In this document: in pieces, positions 1-11,084 of the stretch
How the letters are laid out: every line of letters begins with the position of its first letter
Position numbering within the stretch: position 1 is the stretch's first letter
Assembly (NCBI GenBank): GCA_964291405.2
Contig: OZ219926.1
Span: 192,001 to 256,000, forward strand
Direction of reading: 5' to 3'
Source of the DNA: Thermodesulfobacteriota bacterium
GTDB lineage: Bacteria > Desulfobacterota > Binatia > Bin18
DNA: 64,000 nt
Position numbers and translations under genes: made by a program
The notes under the pieces: model-generated
What the model saw: the letters and a program-made list of their open reading frames with translations, nothing else
Told to the model about the DNA's origin: nothing
Database searches by the model: none

Positions 1-1
1 C

Positions 2-457
2 ACTCTGACCTCGGTCTCGTTGCAGTATGGCGTGCCGCTCGAAGCCTTGGTCTCTAAATTCAGCCACGTCCGCTTTGAGCCGTCAGGCTTCACGCGGAAT
101 CCCGATATTCCGTTTGCGAAATCCTTGACGGATTATATCTTCCGCTTTCTGGGAACCCGTTTCTTGTCTACAGAGCAAAAACAGGGAGCTGGGTTAGCCG
201 AGACGGGGACCGACCACCTTCAGACAGAGGCTCATACGCCAGCACCTGTCGCATCAGTGGAACACGTCGAAGAGACACCACCTGCGGCTATTGATGAGCG
301 TACACAACAACCACCAGTTGATACCTCCTCCTATACCCGCCCGACTTGGCAGACCCAAGCCGACGCGCCAAGTTGTGCGGACTGTGGCTCAATTATGATC
401 CGAAATGGGTCGTGCTATAAGTGCTTGGATTGTGGTTCAACAAGCGGCTGTTCGTAG
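2..457 (+). CDS. nrdJ: Vitamin B12-dependent (class II) ribonucleotide reductase, C-terminal part (truncated by window start)
   Basis: [40 protein letters not shown] (TSCPD domain) and the terminal CADCG...[18 protein letters not shown], typical of NrdJ C-termini. Confidence 0.9.
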   Translation, partial: [151 protein letters not shown]

Positions 458-563
458 ACTTTGTCCAGCGGGGGAGAGAATCCGGTGTGGGGAAAGGGAG
501 GCAAGGGGCAGCATAATGAGGGAAATGAGGATGCCTCTCTGTGATGGGCCGGTATCAAACCGG

Positions 564-587
564 GCGGGGCGCTGTATAGCGCCCCGC
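564..587. terminator. Perfect GC-rich hairpin downstream of nrdJ (terminator or REP-like)
   Basis: GCGGGGCGCT-gtat-AGCGCCCCGC, a 10-bp stem with no clear U-tract. Confidence 0.4.
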
Positions 588-937
588 GGTTGGCCTCGGT
601 CGAGGTAAGTCGATTTTTTGAATACGACTCCACTGAGCGTAGGCCGGTTCAACCGTAGCCTATGAGGATCACAGTCTCGCTCATAGCCCGAGCCTGATCG
701 GTTCCCGGCTACGCGTTAATTACTCAGCGTCACCGGCATCGGGATAGGATAGGCATACGAAATGCCATAAATCAGATGCGGACCTGCGGACTTTGCCATT
801 TTCATTTCTTTTGGCTTGGTCCGCGGGGAAATGTGTAAGACAAAGCCGTTTTTTGCTGTCAAAAGGCGCTGCTGCCTATGCGATTTCTTTCCTGAAGGCT
901 GCATAGTGTGTAAGCGGATTCTTTTGGTATGTCTGGA

Positions 938-1201
938 CTAGTGGCCAACCTCTTTGGCTAATCCTGGAGAGCTGGTCTCCTCAGCCTGATCAAGTAAATA
1001 ACCGAGTTCCCGCAGCCCTTCATTCATATGGTAGGCTACGGACAAGAGGGAGCCATAGGTATCCTCATCCGGATCATACAATTTGAGGTGATCGTTGATG
1101 ACACACAGGAGCTCCCGCATCTGCTCTTCAGCATGTATGAGATGCTCACATGGAGCCAGCGCCTCCTCCGTCTCATTGAGCAGTGTTGCCATAGCTTGCA
1201 T
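938..1201 (-). CDS. Hypothetical small acidic helical protein
   Basis: 87-aa ORF with protein-like composition that fills the gap before the divergent TPR gene. No motif recognised. Confidence 0.45.
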   Translation of the reverse strand: MQAMATLLNETEEALAPCEHLIHAEEQMRELLCVINDHLKLYDPDEDTYGSLLSVAYHMNEGLRELGYLLDQAEETSSPGLAKEVGH

Positions 1202-1349
1202 TGTAGCCGACCTGCTACGTGTCGCCTAGTGGGAGACATATTTCCCCAACCTCTACGCAGTGGTCTTGACTCATAGGGGAAAAAAGAGCTCTGATATTAT
1301 TCATAATGGATGCTGTACTAGACTTACAGTAAGGCATATTGGAGGCATT

Positions 1350-2165
1350 GTGAGACGCATATATATGGGCCTATTGGCCCTCGTCGTAAGCTTTAGCCCT
1401 GCTGAGCCACTCGCAGCGGATCCCCAAGATTATATTGACAGCGGACGTAAATTCGAGAACGAGATGCGCTGGGGTGAGGCCATGGCCGAGTACCACTGGA
1501 TTCTCACCGAAATTGACGAGAACCATGTAGAGGCACACTATCGTCTCGGCGTTGTTCGCGAAAAAGTTGGTGCAATGGAAGACGCCATTCAATCCTACAA
1601 AACCGTCCTGCAACTCAACCCCAGCCACCCTGGGGCAAAGAGTTTTCTTGAAGGATACTATGTGAACGAAGGGATTGCGTTTCGCCGAGAACAGCAATTT
1701 GACAAGGCCAGGGCCGCATTCCAGCAGGCACTCCAGATTAATAGCTCATCGGCAGCCGCCCATTTTGAGTTAGGCCAGGAGTTCGCGCGCCAGGGACAAC
1801 TCGATCAAGCGATACAGGAATATCGGGAATCGATTCGGCTCGATCCAAGTAAGAGTACCGCCCATACTCGCCTGGCCGCGGCGTACACAGAAAAAGGGCA
1901 ATACGAACAGGCCATTCAGGCTTACCAGGAGGTCATCAAACAGCATCCCCGGGACCCTGCTGCGCACGATGGACTCGGCGTTGCGTACAGTAAAACCGGG
2001 CAGCGAGAGAGAGCCATAGAAACGCTCGGACAAGCGGTTCGGTTTTATCTCGTTCGAGGAGAACGTGAACAGGCCAGGCCAGCCTATGAGCTCCAAAAGA
2101 AACTGTTAGCGGAAAAAAATTCGGGAAAGAAGTCAGATATCGGGCAATCGCCTTCACCCCGATAG
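1350..2165 (+). CDS. Exported tetratricopeptide repeat protein
   Basis: GGAGG at 1341 precedes a GTG at 1350. Signal-like hydrophobic N-terminus and repeated TPR units (AHYRLG, AHFELG, AHTRLA, AHDGLG). Confidence 0.85.
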   Translation: MRRIYMGLLALVVSFSPAEPLAADPQDYIDSGRKFENEMRWGEAMAEYHWILTEIDENHVEAHYRLGVVREKVGAMEDAIQSYKTVLQLNPSHPGAKSFLEGYYVNEGIAFRREQQFDKARAAFQQALQINSSSAAAHFELGQEFARQGQLDQAIQEYRESIRLDPSKSTAHTRLAAAYTEKGQYEQAIQAYQEVIKQHPRDPAAHDGLGVAYSKTGQRERAIETLGQAVRFYLVRGEREQARPAYELQKKLLAEKNSGKKSDIGQSPSPR

Positions 2166-2918
2166 ATCCACCGTATCCAGCCTTGGGAAGAATGTCCGGC
2201 ATACGCGCGAGATCGTTTCGGCAGCCCGCTTTCGGCATTGCTGGAGTCGGACGAAAAACGGCAGATGTTGCGGATGGGTTGCGATATGGGTCACCGCTTT
2301 GGAGAGTCGGATTTTTCCCTCCGCGGTTGTGACCCCTTTCATAGGTGGAATGGCCATATCAACCGAATCCAGAATAACGCGCAGAACTAAAAATGGCAAC
2401 GTGCGCTCGACAGCAAAGGCAGCGTGTACGCCACTCTCCATCTCAACGGCAATACAATCTGTCTCTCGTCCTCGCTTTTCTTTTTCCTGTCGAGTAAAGA
2501 GGACACGGGGACTCGTGACTATTCCCCCTTCAATCGTTTCTACGCCTGCCCGCTGGGCGGCGTCCCGAGCAGCGCCGAGTAGACGACTATCGACGCCAAA
2601 CGTATCGAGCTGTCCTTCCGGCTCTTCGGTATACATACGCAAAGCCGGAGGCAGAACAAGCTGGCCGGCGGTGAGCCCTGGAATTAACGCCCCAGCGCAA
2701 CCGATAGAGAGCACAGCCGAAAGCGGTGTATTCGTAAATTCTTTAACCGTCTGACGAGCCCGGCGCGGACCTATCCCCCCGGTAACAATAAGAATATCCC
2801 GCCGCCCACTTGAGCCGCGCCAGACTCCCTCCCTCTCTCGCCTTACTTGCCGCAACACCGAACGCACAGCTGCGCTTTCCCAGGCAAGCGCGGTAAAGAC
2901 AACGATAGGCCGTGTCAT
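2154..2918 (-). CDS. hpnG: Hopanoid-associated nucleoside phosphorylase/nucleosidase (HpnG-like, PNP_UDP_1)
   Basis: GGIG, SIGCAGAL, AVEMES and LRVILD motifs. Lies downstream of hpnA-hpnB. Confidence 0.7.
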   Translation of the reverse strand: MTRPIVVFTALAWESAAVRSVLRQVRREREGVWRGSSGRRDILIVTGGIGPRRARQTVKEFTNTPLSAVLSIGCAGALIPGLTAGQLVLPPALRMYTEEPEGQLDTFGVDSRLLGAARDAAQRAGVETIEGGIVTSPRVLFTRQEKEKRGRETDCIAVEMESGVHAAFAVERTLPFLVLRVILDSVDMAIPPMKGVTTAEGKIRLSKAVTHIATHPQHLPFFVRLQQCRKRAAETISRVCRTFFPRLDTVDLSG

Positions 2919-2948
2919 GCTGACCCCTGTCCAAACGCGTTCCGTAAC

Positions 2949-4157
2949 CTAACGCCAGTCAACGCGTTTTTTCCGTAAGTGGCGAAATGCCGAATCGAGT
3001 GTCATCGCTTCATAAAGCATTGCGGCCAACGGCAGGCTGAAGCCCCAGACGCTACGTAAATCAAAAAAACGAACGGCAGGAAGATACACCATGGTCATCA
3101 GTCCCCAGGCGATTCCTCCTTCGAGCATCAAAAGGAGAGCCAGCCGCGCCGAAACCTCGACATCAACAACTGATGGAAGACCGAAAAACACGAGGCCACA
3201 AAGAAAAAAGAGAGGGGGGAGACCAAATGCAACGGCTAGACCGACAACAGTGCCAATGAGCCGGAGCCAGGAATAATTGAGCTCGGTAAAGGCAGTTCGT
3301 CGGACCATGTGCCAGATACTGTCTACTGTATCGTAGACACGCAGGCTTTTGACGGCAGTGCGACTCAGGCAGAGCCGAATCGGGAGCCCTACCTCCTTCA
3401 CCAGTTGGCCAAGGGTCACATCGTCTATGATCTGGTTCCGCAAAGTCTGAAATCCACCAATGCTGATGAGGGCCTGTGAGGAGAGCAAAGCACATCCGCC
3501 AGCCGATGCGGCAGTTGTTTTCCGGGGGTCATTTACCCAACGCAGGGGATACAACAGGATAAAAAAGAAGACAAAGGGCGGGATGAGCAGGCGTTCGGCA
3601 AAGGACGCACAACGCAGACGAGCCATCCGACTATTGAGCGCGAGTTGCTCAGCCTCACTTTCTGTCACCAAGTGCCGAAGAGAATCGGGGGCATGCCAAA
3701 TGTCGGCATCGGTCAGAAGAAGATAGTCGGGAAGGCCCTCAGTCGAGCCCGGTGCAAAGCCACACGCCACGGCTCCTTGCTGGAGCGCCCACACCTTGCC
3801 GACCCAACCGGCTGGAAGCGCTGTCCCTGAAACAACACGCAGGCGGTCTGTGGCCTGGGCGTGCTCAGCAATTGCAGCAGCAACGATCGCGGTCTGATCT
3901 TGGGAGCGATCATCAATAACGCTCACTGAAAATGGCCCTGGGTAGTCTTGATTCAACAGAGAGGGCAGCGTCTCGCGCAATATCGGTGCTTCGTTTCTGG
4001 CTGGGATTAAGACCTGAACAGATGGCCATTCATATGGCTCAAGAGGTAAAATATTGTTCTCTCCAACAGGACGAAAATCCCACGGACGGGCCGGATGTAG
4101 CGCTATGCCAACCCAAATGAGCAGAGCAAGCGCCCCGAACACGAGACAAATTGCCAC
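2949..4157 (-). CDS. hpnB: Hopene-associated glycosyltransferase HpnB (GT2)
   Basis: IPARNEA, DDRSQD, GWVGKVWALQQG, LLTDADI, IDDV and WHMVRRTAFTEL, plus TM segments at both ends. Confidence 0.85.
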   Translation of the reverse strand: MAICLVFGALALLIWVGIALHPARPWDFRPVGENNILPLEPYEWPSVQVLIPARNEAPILRETLPSLLNQDYPGPFSVSVIDDRSQDQTAIVAAAIAEHAQATDRLRVVSGTALPAGWVGKVWALQQGAVACGFAPGSTEGLPDYLLLTDADIWHAPDSLRHLVTESEAEQLALNSRMARLRCASFAERLLIPPFVFFFILLYPLRWVNDPRKTTAASAGGCALLSSQALISIGGFQTLRNQIIDDVTLGQLVKEVGLPIRLCLSRTAVKSLRVYDTVDSIWHMVRRTAFTELNYSWLRLIGTVVGLAVAFGLPPLFFLCGLVFFGLPSVVDVEVSARLALLLMLEGGIAWGLMTMVYLPAVRFFDLRSVWGFSLPLAAMLYEAMTLDSAFRHLRKKRVDWR

Positions 4158-4187
4158 ACCTTTCTCCTAGAGGGATGGTGTCGCCCC

Positions 4188-5180
4188 CTACCCTTTCACA
4201 TAGCCGTGGGCGCGAAACCACATAATGGCCTTGCGGAAGGCTTCACGTACGGGAGTCTGCGGGAGTCCTAATTCACGGATAGCCTTGGCCGGACTGAAAA
4301 ACATTTTTTTCCTGCTCAGTCGGACTCCAACGGGAGGAGCAAAAGGTTCGCGGCCGGGAATAAGACGGGCGAGTGCAGCATCACCATAGGCAACCCCTAA
4401 GGCGAGCGTATACGGGACCTTAAAGCGAGGCGCTGGACGGCCGGTGAGTTCAGCGAGGAGTTGGAGGATCTGCCGGAGTGTCAGGTTCTCATTACCGAGA
4501 ATGTATTTTTCTCCTGTTTTTCCATGGGTTGCAGCCAAGAGATGGCCCTGAGCCACATCCTCAACGTCGACCACGTTTAACCCAGTGTCCACATAGCCCG
4601 GCATGTTTCCGTTCAGGAAATCCACAACCAGCTTACCGGTGGGAGTGGGCTTGATATCACCTCCACCAACGGGGGTACTCGGGTTCACGATAACAAGAGG
4701 CAGACCGTCTTGGGCATATTGCAGTGCGACTTGTTCGGCCAGGAATTTACTCCGTTTGTAATGCCCGACCATATCAGCGAGACGAACCGGAGTGTCTTCC
4801 GTGCCTTGATCGCCATCATTCGGAATACCGAGCGTCGCGACGGAACTCGTGTACACGATTTTTTCCACCCCGACCTCGCGCGCCGCGCGTAAAATATTCT
4901 CCGTGCCGAGGACATTACAGTCATACATGTCTTGTTTACGACGGACCCATAATTTGTACAGCGCGGCAACATGATAGACTTGGTGACAGCCGTGGGTCGC
5001 CTGAAGGACGCTCTGATAATCCCGCACATCGCCGGTAACGATATCGACCGGGAGATCTTTCACCAAATCGGTATTTGCCGTCTGGCGCATGAGGACGCGG
5101 ACGTGTGCACGGGCCTGAACGAGTGCACGGGCAACCGCTCCACCAACAAAACCGGACGCGCCAGTTACCAACACGGGCAT
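4188..5180 (-). CDS. hpnA: Hopanoid-associated sugar epimerase HpnA (NAD-dependent)
   Basis: VTGASGFVG, YHVAALY, YTSSVA, YKRSK, VNPSTPVG and DIKPTPTG. GGAGGAGG RBS before the ATG at 5180. Confidence 0.88.
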   Translation of the reverse strand: MPVLVTGASGFVGGAVARALVQARAHVRVLMRQTANTDLVKDLPVDIVTGDVRDYQSVLQATHGCHQVYHVAALYKLWVRRKQDMYDCNVLGTENILRAAREVGVEKIVYTSSVATLGIPNDGDQGTEDTPVRLADMVGHYKRSKFLAEQVALQYAQDGLPLVIVNPSTPVGGGDIKPTPTGKLVVDFLNGNMPGYVDTGLNVVDVEDVAQGHLLAATHGKTGEKYILGNENLTLRQILQLLAELTGRPAPRFKVPYTLALGVAYGDAALARLIPGREPFAPPVGVRLSRKKMFFSPAKAIRELGLPQTPVREAFRKAIMWFRAHGYVKG

Positions 5181-5281
5181 AGCCTCCTCCCGTAAATTGC
5201 TTGCCATCAGGTGTCAAGGGTATAGGTTCACCGGCTTGTGTCTGTTATGAGAAGAAAAGCTTTTTTGTGAGGAGGCAGGCT

Positions 5282-5605
5282 ATGGCTGATATTCAGCAGG
5301 TTTCAGATTCCAGTTTTGATGGTGATGTGCTGAAGGCGGACGTCCCGGTTCTGATCGATTTTTGGGCTCCGTGGTGTGGCCCCTGTCGGGCTATTGCGCC
5401 GATTGTTGAAGAACTCGCCAGCGAATATGATGGTAAGCTCAAGATTGTCAAAATGAACGTCGACGATAATCCCCAGACGCCGGCCCAGTACGGGGTCCGG
5501 GGCATTCCGAATCTGATTTTGTTCAAGGGCGGCGAAGTCAAGCAACAAATTGTAGGGGCGGTTCCGAAGGCGCATCTCGTAAAAGCTATTGACGACGTTG
5601 TCTAG
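5282..5605 (+). CDS. trxA: Thioredoxin
   Basis: WAPWCGPC active site. GAGGAGG RBS before the ATG at 5282; 107 aa. Confidence 0.97.
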   Translation: MADIQQVSDSSFDGDVLKADVPVLIDFWAPWCGPCRAIAPIVEELASEYDGKLKIVKMNVDDNPQTPAQYGVRGIPNLILFKGGEVKQQIVGAVPKAHLVKAIDDVV

Positions 5606-5621
5606 GGCAGTCGGCCGGTAT

Positions 5622-6722
5622 TCAAAAGAACAGGCGTCTAGTGCTCACATTGAGCGCTAGGCCGATTGCCACCATCGTCGTGAGCAAGGAAGAACCCCCG
5701 TAGCTCAAGAAAGGCAAGGGCACTCCGACGACAGGCAGCGCCCCGACATTCATCCCGGCATTGATCACGATCTGCCAGAATATGATCCCGGCGACCCCAA
5801 CGGAGAGGAGCAAACCGAACCGTTCACGCGCCCGGAGAGCAATGACGAGCAGACGTGCCAACAGGACGCCGTATACTATTAACAAGCCAAGAGCCCCGAC
5901 AAATCCCCATTCTTCAGCAAAGACGGCAAAGACAAAATCCGTATGCTTTTCAGGCAGAAAATCGAGACGATTCTGTGTTCCTAACAGGAACCCTTTGCCC
6001 CAGACCATTCCTGACCCAACCGTCACCTGTGATTGAATCATATGGTAGCCTGCGCCGAGGGGGTCGACATCCGGGTATAAGAACGACAAGACTCTTTGCT
6101 GCTGGTAGGGTTTGAGGTAAGCCCAGATGAAAGGCAGAATGCTTCCTCCGGCCAGGGCAAGAACGGATAAGGACTGTAAGCGTAGGCCCGCTGTAAAAGT
6201 CAGAGTGAGAAAGAGAAGTCCCAGCGTGATGGTAGTCCCCAGATTTGGCTGCCAGAGGACGAGGACTGCCGGGGCGGCAAAAAATACGGCTGGAGCGAGA
6301 ATATCTCTGATACCATACCCCCCCGGAGGTACGGTACGGTGGTACCATCGGGCCAGCACGAGGAGCAGCCCAATCTTCATGAATTCAGCCGGCTGGAGAG
6401 AAAACATACCAACATAGATCCAGCGGCGTGCGCCTCCACCAAAAGAGCCAATGAGGGGCACGAGGACAAGGAGACCGAGCGCCGCTCCGTATAAGAGATA
6501 GGCCCACTGTTCGAACCGGCGATAGTCAATGGCAAAGGCGAGACCCATTCCACAAAGGCCCACAGCAGCCCAGATGAGCTGTCGGATGAACTGCGGACTC
6601 GCCTGCGGTGACCCGTCATAGGTTGCGCTGTAGAGCCCAAGCAGGCCAAGACCCAGCAGCCCGACCGTCAGACAAAATAATATCCAGTCGAAATGCTCAA
6701 CCAGACGTCTGTCGAATCCCAT
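5622..6722 (-). CDS. rodA: Rod shape-determining protein RodA
   Basis: SEDS motifs GARRWI, LQPAEFMK, YQQQRV and FLPEKHTDFVFAVFAEEWGF. Follows mrdA. Confidence 0.95.
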   Translation of the reverse strand: MGFDRRLVEHFDWILFCLTVGLLGLGLLGLYSATYDGSPQASPQFIRQLIWAAVGLCGMGLAFAIDYRRFEQWAYLLYGAALGLLVLVPLIGSFGGGARRWIYVGMFSLQPAEFMKIGLLLVLARWYHRTVPPGGYGIRDILAPAVFFAAPAVLVLWQPNLGTTITLGLLFLTLTFTAGLRLQSLSVLALAGGSILPFIWAYLKPYQQQRVLSFLYPDVDPLGAGYHMIQSQVTVGSGMVWGKGFLLGTQNRLDFLPEKHTDFVFAVFAEEWGFVGALGLLIVYGVLLARLLVIALRARERFGLLLSVGVAGIIFWQIVINAGMNVGALPVVGVPLPFLSYGGSSLLTTMVAIGLALNVSTRRLFF

Positions 6723-8559
6723 TATTTTCTCGATCCCGTTGCTCAACGATGCGAAAATATGCTTCCAAAACCTGACGAACAACAGGTGCAGCAACGGCTC
6801 CACCGCCCTTACCGGCGTGCTCGATCAGACAGGCAACAGCAATTTGAGGGTTCTGGACCGGTGCAAATGCGATAAACCAGGCATGGTCGCGGTGGAGGCG
6901 GGGAACTTCCTCTTCTTCATCATGTATGCGACTCACCACCTGCGAGGTTCCCGTCTTACCCGCGACTTCAACATGGGGAAGGAGGGCTTTCTTTCCCGTT
7001 CCCCGCTCGCCATGTACCACCTCTCGCATTCCATCTCGAACGACGCGGAGATGCTCTTCATGGATGTTAATTCGCGTAATGACCTTTGGAGAATAGGTCT
7101 GGATAGGCTCTCCATCAGCGCCGTTCACTTGTGTGACAAAGAAAGGGCGATAGATGACTCCCCCGTTTGCAAGCGCCGCAGTTGCAACAGCCATCTGGAG
7201 AGGTGTTGTGAGTACATAGCTTTGTCCGATCACAACGGACAGCGTCTCACCCTTATACCATGGGGCATCGAAACGACGCCGTTTCCATTCGACGTCAGGA
7301 ATCAAGCCTGATGACGCAGCAAGGGTAAGACCGAGGTCTTGGCCTAACCAAAACCGACGAGCAGCCTGAGCAATATTCTGTATCCCGAGACGTTGTCCAA
7401 CTTTGTAGAAATAGACATCACACGACTGGGCGAGAGCTTGTTTCAAATCTATCAAGCCATGTCCAGGCCGCTTCCAACAGTGGAAGGTGCGCCCGCCAAA
7501 GGGCAGACCTCCCTGGCAGTTGAACTGCGTCTCAGGTGTAATAATCCCTTCCTCCAGTGCCGCTAGTGCTATAAAGGGCTTAAATGTAGAGCCTGGAGGA
7601 TATTGGCCCCGGAGGGCCCGATTGGTAAGCGGGCGTAGAGGATCCTCTACGAGCGTCTGCCATTCGTTGGGCTTGATACTGAGCGCAAAGAGATTCGGAT
7701 CAAAGGTGGGACGACTGGCCAGGGCCAGAACCTCCCCGGTCTCGACGGCAAGGACCACAACGGACCCCTCTGCCTCTCCTAGAGCCTGTTCGACCTGTTC
7801 TTGCAGTTCAAGATCAAGCGTTAAGTGTAGATTATATCCGGGCTGGGTCTTCACTTCGTCTAAAACACGTAATTTTCTTCCCGTTGCATCAACTTCAATC
7901 TGCTGTCCACCATTATATCCACGCAGTTCCTCTTCCCAGGCTTTCTCTAATCCGACCTTGCCAACAAGGTCACCCTGCCGGTACCTCTTATTTTCAGCGA
8001 TCTCGGTCTGATTCACTTCACCGATATAGCCTACGAGGTGGGCAGCAAGATTCCCTGCAGGATAGAAGCGCTTGAGACTCGCCTCAACGGTGACACCGGG
8101 CAGGTCTAACTGGTGAGCTTCGATCGCGACCAGCGTATCCCAAGAGATATCACGGGCTACAGAGATGCCTTCGTATGCGGGCCGACGTGGATTCCGTGGC
8201 GCCTTTCCTTCTAAAAAATCTGTGGCCTCAGGCAAATACGGTGCGAGAGTATGGAGCGTTGTCAGACGATCTTGCACATCTTCTGGGACCAGAAGGACAT
8301 CAAACGACGGGTGATTTCCTACAACGACCCGTCCGGTTCGATCAAGCATGAGGCCCCGTATAGACGGCAGCCGCTTCAGGCGAATACGATTCTTTTCCGA
8401 CAGTATTCGGAAACGATCACCCTCCACGATCTGCAGCTGCCACAACCGAAATCCCAGAGCACAAAAAACAAACAGGACGATGAGACTAATGACACCGATG
8501 CGGCGGTAGCACGCGGTGAGCGTTTCCTGAGACGCAAAGAACTCTGACTGTCCGTCCAT
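6697..8559 (-). CDS. mrdA: Penicillin-binding protein 2
   Basis: PPGSTFK (SxxK), SCDVYFY and KTGT motifs, N-terminal TM, mre operon context. Confidence 0.95.
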   Translation of the reverse strand: MDGQSEFFASQETLTACYRRIGVISLIVLFVFCALGFRLWQLQIVEGDRFRILSEKNRIRLKRLPSIRGLMLDRTGRVVVGNHPSFDVLLVPEDVQDRLTTLHTLAPYLPEATDFLEGKAPRNPRRPAYEGISVARDISWDTLVAIEAHQLDLPGVTVEASLKRFYPAGNLAAHLVGYIGEVNQTEIAENKRYRQGDLVGKVGLEKAWEEELRGYNGGQQIEVDATGRKLRVLDEVKTQPGYNLHLTLDLELQEQVEQALGEAEGSVVVLAVETGEVLALASRPTFDPNLFALSIKPNEWQTLVEDPLRPLTNRALRGQYPPGSTFKPFIALAALEEGIITPETQFNCQGGLPFGGRTFHCWKRPGHGLIDLKQALAQSCDVYFYKVGQRLGIQNIAQAARRFWLGQDLGLTLAASSGLIPDVEWKRRRFDAPWYKGETLSVVIGQSYVLTTPLQMAVATAALANGGVIYRPFFVTQVNGADGEPIQTYSPKVITRINIHEEHLRVVRDGMREVVHGERGTGKKALLPHVEVAGKTGTSQVVSRIHDEEEEVPRLHRDHAWFIAFAPVQNPQIAVACLIEHAGKGGGAVAAPVVRQVLEAYFRIVEQRDRENNGIRQTSG

Positions 8560-9093
8560 TTATACTCTGGCGATAGCGCGCTCCCCCCTTGTCAGGAGGA
8601 CAAAGATGAGCGGGGTCAGGGAGAGAGCCATGAGTAAGTCCCACAGCACGTATTGTGTGAGAAAAGGCCAGATAGGAGCGACTGCCCAGTGTACTTCGAG
8701 CAGCGCGAGAAAAATGCTTGCCTTTAAGAGGACTGCGCCGGCGACGAGTCCGAGGACACAGAGAGGATTCTGAATCCACAGCCTTTGGGACAAGAGTTTT
8801 GTCACGGTAAAAACAAGACTCATAGCGAGAGTCCACATTCCCGCAGGAGCTCCTGAACAGCTATCTAGCATATACCCTAAGAAAAAAGCGCTCGCTGCCC
8901 CCGCCATAGCACCGTGGTAAATGCCAAGATAGACACAGAAGATGAGTAATAGATCAGGAACAAATGGGAAGTGAGGGAAAGCTGTTGTTTGTAAAAGAAC
9001 CGCTCCGACTCCGCAGGCTCCAAGGAGTCCAAATGTCCGGAGCCTATTCGTCTCGGAAGGGCTCGGCTCCTGCTCGGACGACAGCTGGAGCAA
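8560..9093 (-). CDS. mreD: Rod shape-determining protein MreD (start uncertain)
   Basis: Hydrophobic ORF with PDLLLI and FFLGYMLD between mreC and mrdA. The only canonical starts are TTGs inside mreC (about 9093 and 9138). Confidence 0.8.
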   Translation of the reverse strand: MLQLSSEQEPSPSETNRLRTFGLLGACGVGAVLLQTTAFPHFPFVPDLLLIFCVYLGIYHGAMAGAASAFFLGYMLDSCSGAPAGMWTLAMSLVFTVTKLLSQRLWIQNPLCVLGLVAGAVLLKASIFLALLEVHWAVAPIWPFLTQYVLWDLLMALSLTPLIFVLLTRGERAIARV

Positions 9094-9895
9094 CCACCAA
9101 GACTTCTTCGATCTCTGCGAGTTCAGCACTGAGCGCAACCTCTATGTCTTGGAATATCTCGTCATCTCGTGTGGCAACTCGCGTCACGCGCCCAATCTGC
9201 TGCCCCTTCGGAAAGACCCCGTCAAGCCCAGAGGTAATGATTATATCCCCAACCACGACATCACTACCCTGCTGAACATATTTCAATTGGCAGTTCCCAG
9301 CAATGGAGCCAGACACGATACCAGAGACACGTGAACGCTGAACGAGAGCATCGACTCCACTATTGGCGGAAGAGATCAGGAGAAGGTGGGCAGCATGTGG
9401 ACTAACAGACACAATTTTCCCTACAACACCCGCTGGGGTGAGCACTGCCATTTCCTTCTGGATTCCGTGCCGTTCCCCTTTGTCTAACACCGCCGTATGC
9501 GTCCATGCCCCAGGATTTCGTCCAATTACGCGTGCGGCAATTGACGTATCTGAGCTTTGCGTCCGTAAACCCAGCAGGAGCTCTAAACGCTGATTCGCCA
9601 ACTCTAATTCGAATAACCGTTCCTGCGTCTGCTCAAGTGCCTCAAGCTGAGCGCGGAGCGCTTCGTTGTTTTGATGGACGGAGAGCAGGTCGCGATATTG
9701 ATCAAGGACTTTTCCTGTACCTTGGACCATTACCGTCGCTCCGACTTGAAGGGGTTTCATCACTTCGAGAAACAGCACGCCAACAGGGTCGATTCGGTAC
9801 GGAGACCGGGCGTTCACTGTCGCCAACAGTAACGCGACAAAAAGAAAGAATCCGCAGGATAAGAGCAGACGGTATCTGTACAGGATCTCAAGCAT
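9044..9895 (-). CDS. mreC: Rod shape-determining protein MreC
   Basis: TM plus coiled coil, LDKGERHGI, GVVGKI and TSGLDGVFPKG. Confidence 0.95.
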   Translation of the reverse strand: MLEILYRYRLLLSCGFFLFVALLLATVNARSPYRIDPVGVLFLEVMKPLQVGATVMVQGTGKVLDQYRDLLSVHQNNEALRAQLEALEQTQERLFELELANQRLELLLGLRTQSSDTSIAARVIGRNPGAWTHTAVLDKGERHGIQKEMAVLTPAGVVGKIVSVSPHAAHLLLISSANSGVDALVQRSRVSGIVSGSIAGNCQLKYVQQGSDVVVGDIIITSGLDGVFPKGQQIGRVTRVATRDDEIFQDIEVALSAELAEIEEVLVVAPAVVRAGAEPFRDE

Positions 9896-9904
9896 GCTTC
9901 ACAC

Positions 9905-10945
<1,041 letters not shown>

Positions 10946-11084
10946 TTATTTCCTTCGTTCTCCAAGCGGGGTCTAATAGAACAAGGTTTCTAGCAGAATT
11001 TTGGTATTAGGGCAAGTCCTTGTAATACAGTTGCTTTTTCTTCAACTATCCACTATGGCATGATGAAATAGGAGGTCAACCCAT

